Of a DNA stretch of 64,000 nt, positions 23,823 through 34,848 are shown piece after piece; position 1 is the first letter of the stretch; the number at the start of each line of letters is the position of its first letter. The notes beneath the pieces were generated by a model. The model searched no databases. It was not told where the DNA came from and saw only the letters and a list, made by a program, of their open reading frames with translations. The stretch lies in NCBI RefSeq assembly GCF_016026235.1, contig NZ_CP065613.1; one strand, given 5' to 3'. Source of the stretch: Escherichia coli (lineage in GTDB: Bacteria; Pseudomonadota; Gammaproteobacteria; Enterobacterales; Enterobacteriaceae). Made by a program: the position numbers and the translations under genes.

Positions 23823-25248
23823 TAATGCCAGTCAGTTAAGCAACTGACTGGCTCTTTTTCGGGGCTGTGGGGTATTTCCAGGGCCTCTCCTTTACCACTC
23901 TCGGGAAGGCCCTTCCCCTTCTCGTCGGTAATTTCACAAGTTGTCCCATACTTGCAAGATCGCGCATCAGCTCCGGTATACGTCCCGGTGAAGCGCCCTG
24001 CAATGTCATCAGCATTCTCATCACCATTCCGCATGATTCTGAGAAACTCAGTTGATTCGGCCAGTAACCTTTCAGATGTTCCGCCATTTTAATCATCTGA
24101 TATCTCACCAGATTATAAGCCAGTAAGACACCCCACAGCTCTTGCTCCACAAGCTCCGGCTTTTTACTTCTCAGCGTCAGCCTGCTCAGTTGCATCGTCT
24201 GTTTTATCTCCCTGTATCCCAGTTCGATTTCCCAGCGATGACTGTACAGATCCGCCATTTCTCCTCCGGGGAAGCGCATGGCGTCCGTCATCGACGTCAG
24301 CAGATGGCAGACTTTTCCTTTGCGCGTCACGGTCAGCAGGCGGGCTGTCACTTCATTTCCCAGTCCCGGCCACTTTTTTCGTGCCTGCGGGCTGGTTTTC
24401 AGCTTCACCAGATGATCGCCTTTACCCAGTTTTCTGAGCTCTTCATATTGCGCTCCCTTTCTGAGAGGTATCATCCAGTGGCGGTGTTCTCCCGCCAGGC
24501 TCCAGGCATTTAACAGTCCCAGTGAGTAATAACCTTTATCCATTAACGTCAGAGTGTTATCGCCGGTTTGTTCTATAAGTTGCTCAGCAAGCTCATTTTC
24601 GCTGTTCTTCATCGTGCCGAAGGCTGCAGCCGTCAGCAGATGGCTGGTCAGTTCCATCTGGCAGACCATTTTGACCTGCGGGTAGAGCGCCGGGTTCCCG
24701 GCATGTGTCTGGCGGGGGAAGGCTGCATCGTTCTCTGGTGTATCCGGTGTGCGCCAGAACACACCATCGATGGCCAGCAGGGTCAGGCCGCACCAGTGCG
24801 GATGCGGCGTGGCGTTATGCCAGAGCTGCGCTGTTTTCGTGAACACGCGGCGGACAGCCTCACTTCCCAGGCGCTGGCGGGCCTGAATAACGGCACTGGG
24901 GGCAACGAAGGGGCGATTGCCCGGCAGCATGATGTCCAGGCGATTCACAATCTGGTGAAGAGGTTCTTTACGCTCAAGCGCCATGCCAACAATACACCAG
25001 ACCATCATTTCGAGGGGAAGACGGCGCTTGCGTAGCGTTACAGTACCTGATTCGGCAAGGCAACGAGAGATGAGTTCGGGGTCGAGGTAATCCCCCAGAG
25101 AAGTCAGTGGGTTACGCAGAGAATCGTAACGGGATACCAGATCAAGAGCCTGTCCAATGTGCATAAAAAAATCCGGAAACAAGTGAGCGTTTCCGGATTC
25201 TTACACAGCCACTGGATCGGTCAACTGATCCTTAACTGATCGGCATTA
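23823..25248 (-). mobile_element. IS4: IS4-type insertion sequence, copy 2 (1426 bp)
   Basis: Offset of 22148 bp from copy 1; same terminal repeats (23823-23840, 25231-25248); all ORF-track translations inside it are identical to copy 1. Confidence 0.85.
23836..25164 (-). CDS. insG: IS4 transposase (442 aa)
   Basis: Identical protein to the copy at 1688-3016. Confidence 0.85.
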   Translation of the reverse strand: MHIGQALDLVSRYDSLRNPLTSLGDYLDPELISRCLAESGTVTLRKRRLPLEMMVWCIVGMALERKEPLHQIVNRLDIMLPGNRPFVAPSAVIQARQRLGSEAVRRVFTKTAQLWHNATPHPHWCGLTLLAIDGVFWRTPDTPENDAAFPRQTHAGNPALYPQVKMVCQMELTSHLLTAAAFGTMKNSENELAEQLIEQTGDNTLTLMDKGYYSLGLLNAWSLAGEHRHWMIPLRKGAQYEELRKLGKGDHLVKLKTSPQARKKWPGLGNEVTARLLTVTRKGKVCHLLTSMTDAMRFPGGEMADLYSHRWEIELGYREIKQTMQLSRLTLRSKKPELVEQELWGVLLAYNLVRYQMIKMAEHLKGYWPNQLSFSESCGMVMRMLMTLQGASPGRIPELMRDLASMGQLVKLPTRRGRAFPRVVKERPWKYPTAPKKSQSVA

Positions 25249-25261
25249 GCACATTACGGCG
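25249..25261. repeat. 13-bp target-site duplication, right copy (GCACATTACGGCG)
   Basis: Exact repeat of 23810-23822. Confidence 0.85.
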
Positions 25262-25443
25262 CGCTTTTCTTTAAACTTCTTTACATTAGGTTATGTAAAA
25301 ACGTATCGGCGTTTATATACTGAAGATAAGCCTGATGAGTAACAGGCTTGCTCGTCATACTTTCGTGAGTATTGGCGTTGTACAGGCAAGTCGTAAAATA
25401 ACAGCCTGGCTATTCAGAGTATGATAAAAACAGGGGGCAAGGG

Positions 25444-27291
25444 ATGTTGCTTAATATGATGTGTGGTCGTCGGCTGTCGGCAATCAGTTTGTGCCTGGCC
25501 GTAACATTCGCTCCACTGTTCAATGCGCAGGCCGATGAGCCTGAAGTAATCCCTGGCGACAGCCCGGTGGCTGTCAGTGAACAGGGCGAGGCACTGCCGC
25601 AGGCGCAAGCCACGGCAATAATGGCGGGGATCCTGCCATTGCCTGAAGGTGCGGCAGAAAAAGCCCGCACGCAAATCGAATCTCAATTACCCGCAGGTTA
25701 CAAGCCGGTTTATCTTAACCAGCTTCAACTGTTGTATGCCGCACGCGATATGCAACCCATGTGGGAAAACCGTGATGCTGTTAAAGCCTTCCAGCAACAG
25801 CTGGCAGAGGTGGCGATTGCCGGTTTCCAGCCGCAGTTTAATAAATGGGTAGAGTTACTGACCGATCCTGGTGTTAACGGGATGGCACGCGACGTGGTGC
25901 TCTCTGATGCGATGATGGGCTATCTCCATTTCATTGCAAATATTCCGGTCAAAGGCACTCGCTGGCTATATAGCAGTAAACCTTATGCGCTTTCAACGCC
26001 GCCGCTTTCGGTGATTAACCAATGGCAGCAGGCGCTGGATAAAGGTCAATTGCCTACGTTTGTTGCAGGACTGGCACCGCAGCATCCGCAATATGCGGCG
26101 ATGCATGAATCGTTACTGGCCTTACTCAGTGACACCAAACCGTGGCCCCAACTGACCGGCAAAGCAACGTTGCGCCCAGGGCAGTGGAGTAACGACGTAC
26201 CGGCGTTGCGCGAAATATTGCAACGCACAGGCATGTTGGACGGGGGGCCGAAAATTACTCTACCTGGCGATGACACGCCAACTGACGCGGTAGTCAGCCC
26301 ATCCGCTGTTACTGTTGAAACAGCAGAAACTAAGCCGATGGACAAGCAAACGACGTCTCGTAGTAAACCTGCGCCTGCCGTTCGTGCCGCCTACGATAAT
26401 GAACTGGTGGAAGCCGTTAAACGTTTTCAGGCATGGCAAGGATTGGGGGCAGATGGTGCTATTGGCCCGGCAACGCGTGACTGGTTAAACGTAACGCCTG
26501 CCCAGCGTGCTGGCGTGTTGGCACTCAACATCCAGCGATTGCGCTTGCTGCCAACAGAGCTTTCTACCGGGATCATGGTTAACATTCCGGCCTATTCGTT
26601 GGTCTACTATCAGAACGGCAATCAGGTGCTGGATTCGCGAGTCATTGTCGGTCGCCCCGATCGCAAAACGCCGATGATGAGCAGTGCCCTTAACAACGTA
26701 GTGGTAAACCCGCCGTGGAACGTACCACCAACTCTGGCACGCAAAGATATTCTGCCGAAAGTGCGCAACGATCCGGGATATCTCGAAAGCCATGGCTATA
26801 CGGTGATGCGCGGCTGGAACAGCAGAGAAGCGATTGACCCATGGCAGGTTGACTGGTCTACAATCACGGCCTCGAATTTACCGTTTCGCTTCCAGCAGGC
26901 TCCAGGCCCACGGAACTCGCTGGGGCGCTATAAATTCAATATGCCGAGTTCAGAGGCCATTTATTTGCATGACACGCCGAACCACAATCTGTTCAAGCGT
27001 GATACACGCGCATTGAGCTCAGGCTGTGTACGAGTGAATAAAGCTTCCGATCTGGCGAATATGCTGTTGCAGGATGCAGGCTGGAATGACAAACGTATTT
27101 CTGATGCGCTGAAGCAGGGTGATACACGTTACGTCAATATTCGGCAGTCGATTCCGGTGAATCTCTACTACCTGACGGCCTTTGTTGGTGCAGATGGTCG
27201 TACCCAGTATCGTACAGATATTTACAATTATGATCTGCCTGCGCGATCCAGCTCGCAAATCGTATCGAAAGCGGAACAATTAATCAGGTAA
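25444..27291 (+). CDS. ldtD: L,D-transpeptidase (formerly ycbB)
   Basis: 615-aa ORF with N-terminal signal peptide; C-terminal YkuD-type motif region (HDTPNHNLF...SSGCVRV). Confidence 0.9.
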   Translation: MLLNMMCGRRLSAISLCLAVTFAPLFNAQADEPEVIPGDSPVAVSEQGEALPQAQATAIMAGILPLPEGAAEKARTQIESQLPAGYKPVYLNQLQLLYAARDMQPMWENRDAVKAFQQQLAEVAIAGFQPQFNKWVELLTDPGVNGMARDVVLSDAMMGYLHFIANIPVKGTRWLYSSKPYALSTPPLSVINQWQQALDKGQLPTFVAGLAPQHPQYAAMHESLLALLSDTKPWPQLTGKATLRPGQWSNDVPALREILQRTGMLDGGPKITLPGDDTPTDAVVSPSAVTVETAETKPMDKQTTSRSKPAPAVRAAYDNELVEAVKRFQAWQGLGADGAIGPATRDWLNVTPAQRAGVLALNIQRLRLLPTELSTGIMVNIPAYSLVYYQNGNQVLDSRVIVGRPDRKTPMMSSALNNVVVNPPWNVPPTLARKDILPKVRNDPGYLESHGYTVMRGWNSREAIDPWQVDWSTITASNLPFRFQQAPGPRNSLGRYKFNMPSSEAIYLHDTPNHNLFKRDTRALSSGCVRVNKASDLANMLLQDAGWNDKRISDALKQGDTRYVNIRQSIPVNLYYLTAFVGADGRTQYRTDIYNYDLPARSSSQIVSKAEQLIR

Positions 27292-27471
27292 ATGAAGTAG
27301 TTCGGGGAAATCAGTTGTCGTAATAATTAGCATGATTGGGGGCGATTCTCTGCAGCCCCCGTCACTGCTGGGGTTGAGTCATCTTGACGTCTGCTTTACG
27401 GGCGGTTAAGGTGCCTCTTGTGCGCCAGAAGTGCATATAAACGATAACATTGACCTGTAGACTTGATTATC

Positions 27472-28020
27472 ATGGACAAATTCGACGCTAATCGCCGCAA
27501 ATTGCTGGCGCTTGGTGGCGTTGCACTCGGTGCCGCCATCCTGCCGACCCCTGCGTTTGCAACACTCTCTACCCCACGCCCGCGCATTTTGACACTCAAT
27601 AATCTTCATACCGGAGAGTCAATCAAAGCGGAGTTTTTCGATGGCAGAGGCTATATTCAGGAAGAATTGGCAAAACTTAACCATTTTTTCCGCGATTACC
27701 GCGCGAACAAAATAAAGTCCATCGACCCAGGATTATTCGACCAGTTGTATCGCCTGCAAGGGTTGTTAGGCACGCGTAAACCGGTGCAACTCATTTCCGG
27801 TTATCGTTCCATTGATACCAACAATGAACTACGCGCCCGCAGCCGTGGAGTAGCGAAGAAAAGCTATCACACTAAAGGCCAGGCGATGGATTTCCATATT
27901 GAAGGTATCGCGTTAAGCAATATTCGCAAAGCCGCGTTATCTATGCGCGCAGGTGGTGTAGGATATTACCCACGTAGTAACTTTGTGCATATTGATACCG
28001 GGCCAGCACGGCACTGGTAG
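27472..28020 (+). CDS. mepK: peptidoglycan L,D-endopeptidase, Tat-exported (formerly ycbK)
   Basis: ORF 27463-28020; start MDKFDANRRKLLALGGVALGAAILPTPAFA carries a twin-arginine-like signal. Confidence 0.85.
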   Translation: MDKFDANRRKLLALGGVALGAAILPTPAFATLSTPRPRILTLNNLHTGESIKAEFFDGRGYIQEELAKLNHFFRDYRANKIKSIDPGLFDQLYRLQGLLGTRKPVQLISGYRSIDTNNELRARSRGVAKKSYHTKGQAMDFHIEGIALSNIRKAALSMRAGGVGYYPRSNFVHIDTGPARHW

Positions 28021-28046
28021 TAATTGCTTAACGAAACAGGGGCAGT

Positions 28047-28694
28047 ATGAACTATCGTATTATTCCGGTCACCGCATTCTCCCAGAACTGTTCATTGATC
28101 TGGTGTGAACAAACCCGCCTGGCCGCACTGGTCGATCCTGGCGGCGATGCGGAAAAAATCAAACAGGAAGTTGATGCCAGCGGCCTGACACTGATGCAGA
28201 TCCTGCTGACGCATGGTCATCTGGACCACGTTGGCGCAGCAGCGGAACTGGCGCAACATTACGGCGTGCCGGTTTTTGGTCCGGAAAAAGAAGATGAGTT
28301 CTGGCTGCAAGGCTTGCCTGCGCAAAGTCGTATGTTTGGTCTGGAAGAGTGCCAGCCGCTGACGCCAGATCGTTGGCTGAACGAAGGCGATACCATCAGC
28401 ATAGGGAATGTGACTTTACAGGTGTTACATTGCCCTGGGCATACGCCGGGTCATGTCGTGTTTTTTGATGATCGGGCAAAGCTGCTGATTTCTGGCGATG
28501 TTATTTTCAAAGGCGGAGTAGGGCGCAGTGACTTCCCGCGTGGCGATCATAATCAACTGATTTCTTCAATCAAAGATAAATTGCTGCCACTGGGGGATGA
28601 CGTGACATTTATTCCGGGTCACGGACCATTATCCACACTTGGTTATGAACGCCTGCATAATCCCTTCCTGCAAGACGAAATGCCCGTCTGGTAA
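28047..28694 (+). CDS. ycbL: metallo-beta-lactamase-fold hydrolase (glyoxalase II-like)
   Basis: 215-aa ORF with THGHLDH metal-binding motif. Confidence 0.88.
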   Translation: MNYRIIPVTAFSQNCSLIWCEQTRLAALVDPGGDAEKIKQEVDASGLTLMQILLTHGHLDHVGAAAELAQHYGVPVFGPEKEDEFWLQGLPAQSRMFGLEECQPLTPDRWLNEGDTISIGNVTLQVLHCPGHTPGHVVFFDDRAKLLISGDVIFKGGVGRSDFPRGDHNQLISSIKDKLLPLGDDVTFIPGHGPLSTLGYERLHNPFLQDEMPVW

Positions 28695-28703
28695 GGCACA
28701 CAT

Positions 28704-28736
28704 AAAAAAGCCCGCTTTTCAGCGGGCTTCATTGTT
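28704..28736. terminator. bidirectional rho-independent terminator between ycbL and aspC
   Basis: aagcccgct/agcgggctt stem flanked by A-run and T-run. Confidence 0.75.
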
Positions 28737-28744
28737 TTTAACGC

Positions 28745-29935
28745 TTACAGCACTGCCACAATCGCTTCGCACAGCGGAGCCATGTTATCTGGTGTCATCC
28801 CGGCCACGTTTACGCGACCAGAAGCAACAGCATACACGCCAAACTCTTCGCGCAGACGCAGCACTTGTTCTTTTGTCAGGCCACTGAAGGAGAACATGCC
28901 GTTCTGTTTGATGATAAAGCTGAAGTCGCGGTTTGCCCCTTTTTCCTGCAGCGTATTGACGAACAACTGACGCATACGCTGAATACGCTGGCGCATATCA
29001 GTCAGCTCTTGTTCCCAAATCGCACGTAACGCATCGTTGCTCAGGATGGTGGCAACAACAGAAGCGCCGTGTGCTGGTGGGTTAGAGTAGTTAGCGCGAA
29101 TCGCCGCTTTCATTTGGCTGAATGCGCGATCAACGGTTTCACTGTCGGCAGCAACCAGAGTACAAGCGCCAACACGCTCGTTGTACAGGCCAAAGTTTTT
29201 AGAGTAGGAACTGGCAACAATCAGCTCTTTATGCATAGCCGCGAAAGCGCGCAGTCCTTCAGCATCTTCTTCCAGACCACGGGCAAAACCCTGGTAAGCG
29301 AAGTCAAACAGCGGTAACCAGCCTTTCTCAACGGAGAGTTGTGCCAGTGTCTGCCATTGTTCCAGCGTAGGGTCGATACCGGTTGGGTTGTGGCAGCAGC
29401 CATGGAACAGCACTACGTCGCCAGCCTGAGCTTCGTTCAGGCTGTTAATCAGTGCATCGAAGTCAAGGGTGTGGTTTTCCGCATCATAATAAGCGTATTC
29501 ACGAACTTCCAGACCTGCAGAGTTAAAGACGCTCTTATGGTTCGGCCAGCTTGGGTTGCTCACCCACACACGCTTAACGCTGGTATTTTTTGCCAGGAAA
29601 TCGGCAGCCACGCGTAGTGCGCCAGTGCCACCCGGAGTCTGTGCCGTGCGAGCACGTTTGTCATTGATCAGGGCGCTACCTTTACCAAACAGCAGTTCCT
29701 GAGTGCAGCGACCAAATTCAGGGATGCCGTCAATGCCGAGGTAATTTTTGGTGGTTTCATTTTCGAGCAGATACTGTTCAGCCTTTTTCACGCTGGTCAG
29801 TACCGGGGTTTTGCCCGTCTCATCTTTATAGACACCAATCCCGAGGTTAATTTTGCCGGGACGTTCATCGGCACGAAACAGATCGGCCAGGCCCAGAATC
29901 GGGTCGGCAGGAGCGGCGGTAATGTTCTCAAACAT
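28745..29935 (-). CDS. aspC: aspartate aminotransferase
   Basis: 396-aa [39 protein letters not shown]. Confidence 0.96.
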   Translation of the reverse strand: MFENITAAPADPILGLADLFRADERPGKINLGIGVYKDETGKTPVLTSVKKAEQYLLENETTKNYLGIDGIPEFGRCTQELLFGKGSALINDKRARTAQTPGGTGALRVAADFLAKNTSVKRVWVSNPSWPNHKSVFNSAGLEVREYAYYDAENHTLDFDALINSLNEAQAGDVVLFHGCCHNPTGIDPTLEQWQTLAQLSVEKGWLPLFDFAYQGFARGLEEDAEGLRAFAAMHKELIVASSYSKNFGLYNERVGACTLVAADSETVDRAFSQMKAAIRANYSNPPAHGASVVATILSNDALRAIWEQELTDMRQRIQRMRQLFVNTLQEKGANRDFSFIIKQNGMFSFSGLTKEQVLRLREEFGVYAVASGRVNVAGMTPDNMAPLCEAIVAVL

Positions 29936-30063
29936 GACGAGGTTCCATTATGGTTACAGAAGGGAAGTCCGTTATCAGGGTAACGGGAGATTTACAAAAT
30001 TCCAACTATTACTGATGAAAACGCAGGCTGTTTTTGCAAGACGTGAGATTGCTCTGGAAGGCA

Positions 30064-30096
30064 TAAAAAAAACAGGACCAACGTCCTGTTTTTTCG
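30064..30096 (-). terminator. rho-independent terminator downstream of ompF
   Basis: acaggac-caacg-gtcctgt hairpin flanked by A8 and T6. Confidence 0.8.
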
Positions 30097-30119
30097 GCAT
30101 TTAACAAAGAGGTGTGCTA

Positions 30120-31208
30120 TTAGAACTGGTAAACGATACCCACAGCAACGGTGTCGTCAGAACCTACGCCCAGTTTGTTGTCAGAATCGATCTGGTTGAT
30201 GATGTAGTCAACATAGGTGGACATGTTTTTGTTGAAGTAGTAGGTTGCGCCCACTTCAAAGTAGTTCACCAGATCAACATCACCGATAACTTCTACGTCT
30301 TTCGCTTTAGATTTGGTGTAAGCGATGGACGGACGCAGACCGAAATCGAACTGGTATTGCGCAACTAACAGAACGTCTTGCGTTTTGTTGGCGAAGCCGC
30401 TGATGTTTGTAAATTTATTAGTGATCGGCGTAGCGTTACGCGTTTCACCGTAGTTCGCTGCCAGGTAGATGTTGTTCGCATCATACTTCAGACCAGTAGC
30501 CCACTGTTCAGCTTTTTTACCGTTGCCAAGAAGTTGAGCTTCTTGCAGGTTGGTACGGTCAGCTGCACCATAAGCACCAACGATACCAAAGCCTTCGTAT
30601 TCGTAGCTGATAGAACCGCCAACACCGTCGCCGTTAGAGCGGCGTGCAGTGTCACGCTCGTTTTTACCCAGGTACTGAACAGCGAAGTTCAGGCCATCAA
30701 CCAGACCAAAGAAGTTGGAGTTACGATAGGTAGCAACGCCGCCAACACGACCAACGAAGAAGTCATCGCTGTATGCAGTATCACCACCAAATTCTGGCAG
30801 CATATCGGTGTAACCCAGTGCATCATAAACCACACCGTAGTTACGGCCGTAATCGAAAGAACCAACGTCAGCGTATTTAAGACCCGCGAATGCCAGACGC
30901 GTTTTGTTACCAGTTTGAGCGTCAGCGCCTTCAGAGTTGTTACCCTGGAAGTTATATTCCCACTGACCATAACCGGTCAGATCGGAATTGATTTGAGTTT
31001 CCCCTTTAAAACCAAGACGGGCATAAGTTTTGTCGCCGTTTCCGCCGTAACTGTTTACACCATTGTCTTTAGAAAAATAATGCAGACCGACAGCTTTACC
31101 GTACAGATCTACTTTGTTGCCATCTTTGTTATAGATTTCTGCAGCGTTTGCAGTACCTGCTACTAACAGAGCAGGGACGATCACTGCCAGAATATTGCGC
31201 TTCATCAT
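30120..31208 (-). CDS. ompF: outer membrane porin F
   Basis: 362-aa [51 protein letters not shown]-terminal ...VGIVYQF. Confidence 0.97.
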   Translation of the reverse strand: MMKRNILAVIVPALLVAGTANAAEIYNKDGNKVDLYGKAVGLHYFSKDNGVNSYGGNGDKTYARLGFKGETQINSDLTGYGQWEYNFQGNNSEGADAQTGNKTRLAFAGLKYADVGSFDYGRNYGVVYDALGYTDMLPEFGGDTAYSDDFFVGRVGGVATYRNSNFFGLVDGLNFAVQYLGKNERDTARRSNGDGVGGSISYEYEGFGIVGAYGAADRTNLQEAQLLGNGKKAEQWATGLKYDANNIYLAANYGETRNATPITNKFTNISGFANKTQDVLLVAQYQFDFGLRPSIAYTKSKAKDVEVIGDVDLVNYFEVGATYYFNKNMSTYVDYIINQIDSDNKLGVGSDDTVAVGIVYQF

Positions 31209-31319
31209 TATTTATTACCCTCATGGTTTTTTTTTATGACACCTGCCACTGCCGTCAATAAGTTCTGTCAATAAAAATTTACGGAACTATTGATGAGAGT
31301 TTGGTGTCTTTATGTGTCT

Positions 31320-31425
31320 GCAGGCATCTTTCCATTCAAACTAACGTTTCGCTACCGTGAAAGTGCTACAAAGATAAAGATTTGGTTTCAAAAAGAAAAA
31401 TATGTAACCAAAAGTAAAATTTAAG
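31320..31425 (-). promoter_or_regulatory. ompF promoter region with OmpR-binding sites
   Basis: Reverse complement contains TTTTCTTTTTGAAACCAAATCTTTATCTTTGTAGCACTTTCACGGTAGCGAAACGTTAG, which I recognise as the OmpR F-site region upstream of ompF; exact site boundaries not determined. Confidence 0.6.
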
Positions 31426-31770
31426 GAACTTTGTGAACACCGTCATATTTCCATAGAGGCGTGATGATATTTACAGCAATTTTTATCTATTTATATGATT
31501 TCCTTATATTTAAATTAACTAAACGGAAATTTTGTTTCTGATGGAAACTTTATCGACCTAGCACAAAATCCTCTTTCAGACATCCGGAATGCCAAAAAAT
31601 GGTATGAAAATTGTGCTATCAGCTAAGAAAAAACTAATCCGCAATAAGAATGCGGGTTATTTTTTTGTGCGTAAATGTTGCAATGTAATATTCTGTAACA
31701 GGATGATCGTTATGGCGGGGTTGCAAATAGATTGATTGACTTAACAAACAGATAACTTGACAGAAAGGAT

Positions 31771-31800
31771 AAAAAAGAGCCAGCGGGTGCTGGCTCTTGA
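31771..31800 (-). terminator. rho-independent terminator downstream of asnS
   Basis: agagccagc-gggt-gctggctct hairpin; T-run on minus strand. Confidence 0.75.
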
Positions 31801-31810
31801 AGACGCTAAA

Positions 31811-33211
31811 TTAGAAGCTGGCGTTACGCGGAGTACGTGGGAACGGAATCACATCACGCACGTTTTGCACACCAGTTACGTAAGCAATCAGGCGTTCAAA
31901 ACCAAGACCGAAACCTGAATGCGGAACAGTACCGTAGCGACGCAGATCGCGATACCACCAGTAATCTTCTTTATTCAGGCCCATTTCCAGCATACGCTCG
32001 TCCAGCACGTTCAGACGTTCTTCACGCTGGGAGCCACCAATGATCTCACCGATGCCCGGAGCCAGAACGTCCATAGCCGCAACGGTTTTACCGTCTTCGT
32101 TAAGGCGCATATAGAACGCTTTAATATCTTTCGGATAGTTTTTAACCACTACCGGTGCTTTAAAGTGTTCTTCCGCCAGATAACGCTCATGCTCAGAAGA
32201 GAGATCAACGCCCCAGTAAACCGGGTTTTCAAACTTCCTGCCGCAGTTTTCGAGAATGGTCACTGCGTCGGTGTAATCCACCTGCGCAAAATCGGCTTCA
32301 ATGAAGCGTTCCAGACGTGAAACGGCATCTTTATCTACGCGTTCAGCGAAGAATTTCATGTCGTCAGCGCGTTCTTCGAGAACCGCTTTGAAGACATATT
32401 TCAGCATGGCTTCAGCCAGACCTGCGATATCGTTCAGGTTAGCAAACGCCACTTCCGGCTCCAGCATCCAGAATTCCGCCAGGTGACGGCTGGTGTTGGA
32501 GTTTTCAGCACGGAAAGTCGGGCCGAAGGTATAAATTTTGGATAATGCGCAAGCGTAGGTTTCGCCGTTCAACTGGCCAGATACGGTCAGGAAAGACTCT
32601 TTACCAAAGAAGTCTTTGTCGAAATCCACTTTGCCCTGATCGTTACGCGGCAGATTTTCCAGATCCAGCGTAGAAACGCGGAACATTTCGCCAGCCCCTT
32701 CGGTATCAGACGCAGTAATCAGTGGCGTTGAAACCCAGAAGAATCCCTGCTCGTTAAAGAAGCGATGCAGCGCCTGCGCCAGCGTATGGCGAACGCGCGC
32801 GACAGCACCAATCAGGTTTGTGCGCGGACGCAGGTGAGCGACTTCACGCAGATACTCAATGCTGTGGCGTTTTGCCGCCATCGGGTAAGTGTCTGGATCT
32901 TCAACCCAACCAGCAACTTCAACCTTGCTGGCCTGAATTTCAAATTGTTGCCCCTGGCCCGGCGACGCCACGACTTTACCCGTCACAATGACCGAGCAAC
33001 CGGTGGTCAGACGCAGGACGTCTTCATTGTAATTGGGCAGAGAATTATTGATGACAGCCTGTACAGGATCAAAGCAGGAACCGTCATAAACGGCGAGGAA
33101 GGAGATGCCAGCTTTTGAATCTCGGCGGGTACGTACCCATCCGCGTACGGTGACTTCGCTGTCAACGGCTACGCGGCCCTGGAGTACGTCGGCTACAGGC
33201 ACAACGCTCAT
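31811..33211 (-). CDS. asnS: asparaginyl-tRNA synthetase
   Basis: ORF 31811-33256; likely start [31 protein letters not shown]; class II aaRS motifs. Confidence 0.93.
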   Translation of the reverse strand: MSVVPVADVLQGRVAVDSEVTVRGWVRTRRDSKAGISFLAVYDGSCFDPVQAVINNSLPNYNEDVLRLTTGCSVIVTGKVVASPGQGQQFEIQASKVEVAGWVEDPDTYPMAAKRHSIEYLREVAHLRPRTNLIGAVARVRHTLAQALHRFFNEQGFFWVSTPLITASDTEGAGEMFRVSTLDLENLPRNDQGKVDFDKDFFGKESFLTVSGQLNGETYACALSKIYTFGPTFRAENSNTSRHLAEFWMLEPEVAFANLNDIAGLAEAMLKYVFKAVLEERADDMKFFAERVDKDAVSRLERFIEADFAQVDYTDAVTILENCGRKFENPVYWGVDLSSEHERYLAEEHFKAPVVVKNYPKDIKAFYMRLNEDGKTVAAMDVLAPGIGEIIGGSQREERLNVLDERMLEMGLNKEDYWWYRDLRRYGTVPHSGFGLGFERLIAYVTGVQNVRDVIPFPRTPRNASF

Positions 33212-33380
33212 AATATTCTCTCTGTTAATAGTCGGAAAAAATAAACACTTGTCCACCCGTAAATGGGGGGGATACCTATGTTACCTGGCATCTGCAATCA
33301 GACAAGCAGAATTCGCAAATGCAGTGAAAGATTTCGGAATTAAAGGTAAAAAAAGGGAGCCGATTAGCTCCCTGATGATA

Positions 33381-34583
33381 TTAACTGGCTTTTTTAATAT
33401 GCGGAAGGTCGAACGCTTTGCGCAGCGCCCGAACAAACGCTTTATCGTGGCAGATAGTTTTGCCAGGGCTGTCAGAAAGTTTCGCCACCGGTTTACCGTT
33501 ACACTCTACCAACTTAATCACAATATTCAGGGGTTTTACCTGGGGGATATCGCAGGTCAGGCGAGTCCCAATACCAAAACTTAATTGCACGCGGGAAGAG
33601 AAGTGGCGGTATAGCTCAACCGCTTTGCGTAAATCCAGATTGTCAGAGAAAACCAGCGTTTTACTCTGTGGATCAATTCCCAGCTTTTCATAATGTGCAA
33701 TGGCTTTTTCACCCCATTCAACCGGGTCGCCAGAGTCATGACGCAGGCCCTGATACCGACTAGCGAACTCGACACCGAAATCACGCAGGAAAGCATCCAT
33801 AGTGATGCAGTCGGTTAATGCAATGCCAAGTTGGTCGGGATACTCTTCCAGCCAGGCAGCAAGTGCAGCTCGCTGGCTGTTGGCTAGATCCGGGCTGATT
33901 TGCTGATGTGCCTGGAACCATTCGTGTGCCTGTGTTCCCATCGGCGTGAGGGAAAGCCGACGCGCCAGATCGTAGTTGCTGGTGCCCACGAACCAGGATT
34001 CCTGTTGCAGACGCTTAACGATGGTTTCTTGTACTTCGCGAGAAAAACGGCGACGGGTGCCAAAATCCATCAGATGGAAGCGCGACATATCAAGACCGGC
34101 GGTTAACGCCGAGAAGTCGACTAATTTGCTTTCCAGCGTGTCGAGGGCTTGCGCAACGTCGGCCTGCGGTGAGCGATAGCGATGTACCATTTCACTGATA
34201 ACCGCCAGCAAAGGAACTTCCCAGAGGATGACTTCACGCCACGGGCCGCTTAAACGAATATCCAGCTTGCCATTATCGTTGGACACGGTGACTTGTTCCG
34301 GGTTAAAGCGGAACTCGCGTAGCCAGTTAAGATAGTCGGCCTTAAAGAAAGGCAGGGCAGAGAGCCACTGATATTCATCATCCTGCAGGCGCAGGTGCTG
34401 CATCGCCTGAACCTGTTCACGAATAGCATCGGCATAAATACCCAGCAGATCGTCACCTCGGCAACGAAACTCCGCCGCGACATGCACATCGTAATAATGA
34501 TGAAACACGGCTTGCTGCATATGCAACTTATAAGCATCTGTATCCAGCAACGAGTGCAGAACAGGAGAAGCGAATTGTGTCAT
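33381..34583 (-). CDS. pncB: nicotinate phosphoribosyltransferase
   Basis: ORF 33381-34631; likely start [30 protein letters not shown]. Confidence 0.92.
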   Translation of the reverse strand: MTQFASPVLHSLLDTDAYKLHMQQAVFHHYYDVHVAAEFRCRGDDLLGIYADAIREQVQAMQHLRLQDDEYQWLSALPFFKADYLNWLREFRFNPEQVTVSNDNGKLDIRLSGPWREVILWEVPLLAVISEMVHRYRSPQADVAQALDTLESKLVDFSALTAGLDMSRFHLMDFGTRRRFSREVQETIVKRLQQESWFVGTSNYDLARRLSLTPMGTQAHEWFQAHQQISPDLANSQRAALAAWLEEYPDQLGIALTDCITMDAFLRDFGVEFASRYQGLRHDSGDPVEWGEKAIAHYEKLGIDPQSKTLVFSDNLDLRKAVELYRHFSSRVQLSFGIGTRLTCDIPQVKPLNIVIKLVECNGKPVAKLSDSPGKTICHDKAFVRALRKAFDLPHIKKAS

Positions 34584-34848
34584 AGGTGCGCAGTAGCGTC
34601 CTCGTACAGGAGCGTTTAGTACAATAAACATCTTCAGGAACTGCTGGAGTATACCTTGTTTCGCAATTTATTGAACCCCGATCACACCATATGCCACCTT
34701 TCTGGTCGATGGCATTACGCGGTGTATGTTATAAAAATGTAGCAATAAAGGCGTTTGTACCTGAAAAGATGAAGATTCTGCATAGCGCGATTTACGCAAC
34801 AGGAATAGACTGAACACCAGACTCTATAAAAGATGCTAAAGGTTATTT

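Noticed and set aside
30378-31166. 262-aa ORF on the plus strand
   Set aside because: Antisense to ompF, threonine/valine-rich low-complexity translation; artefact.
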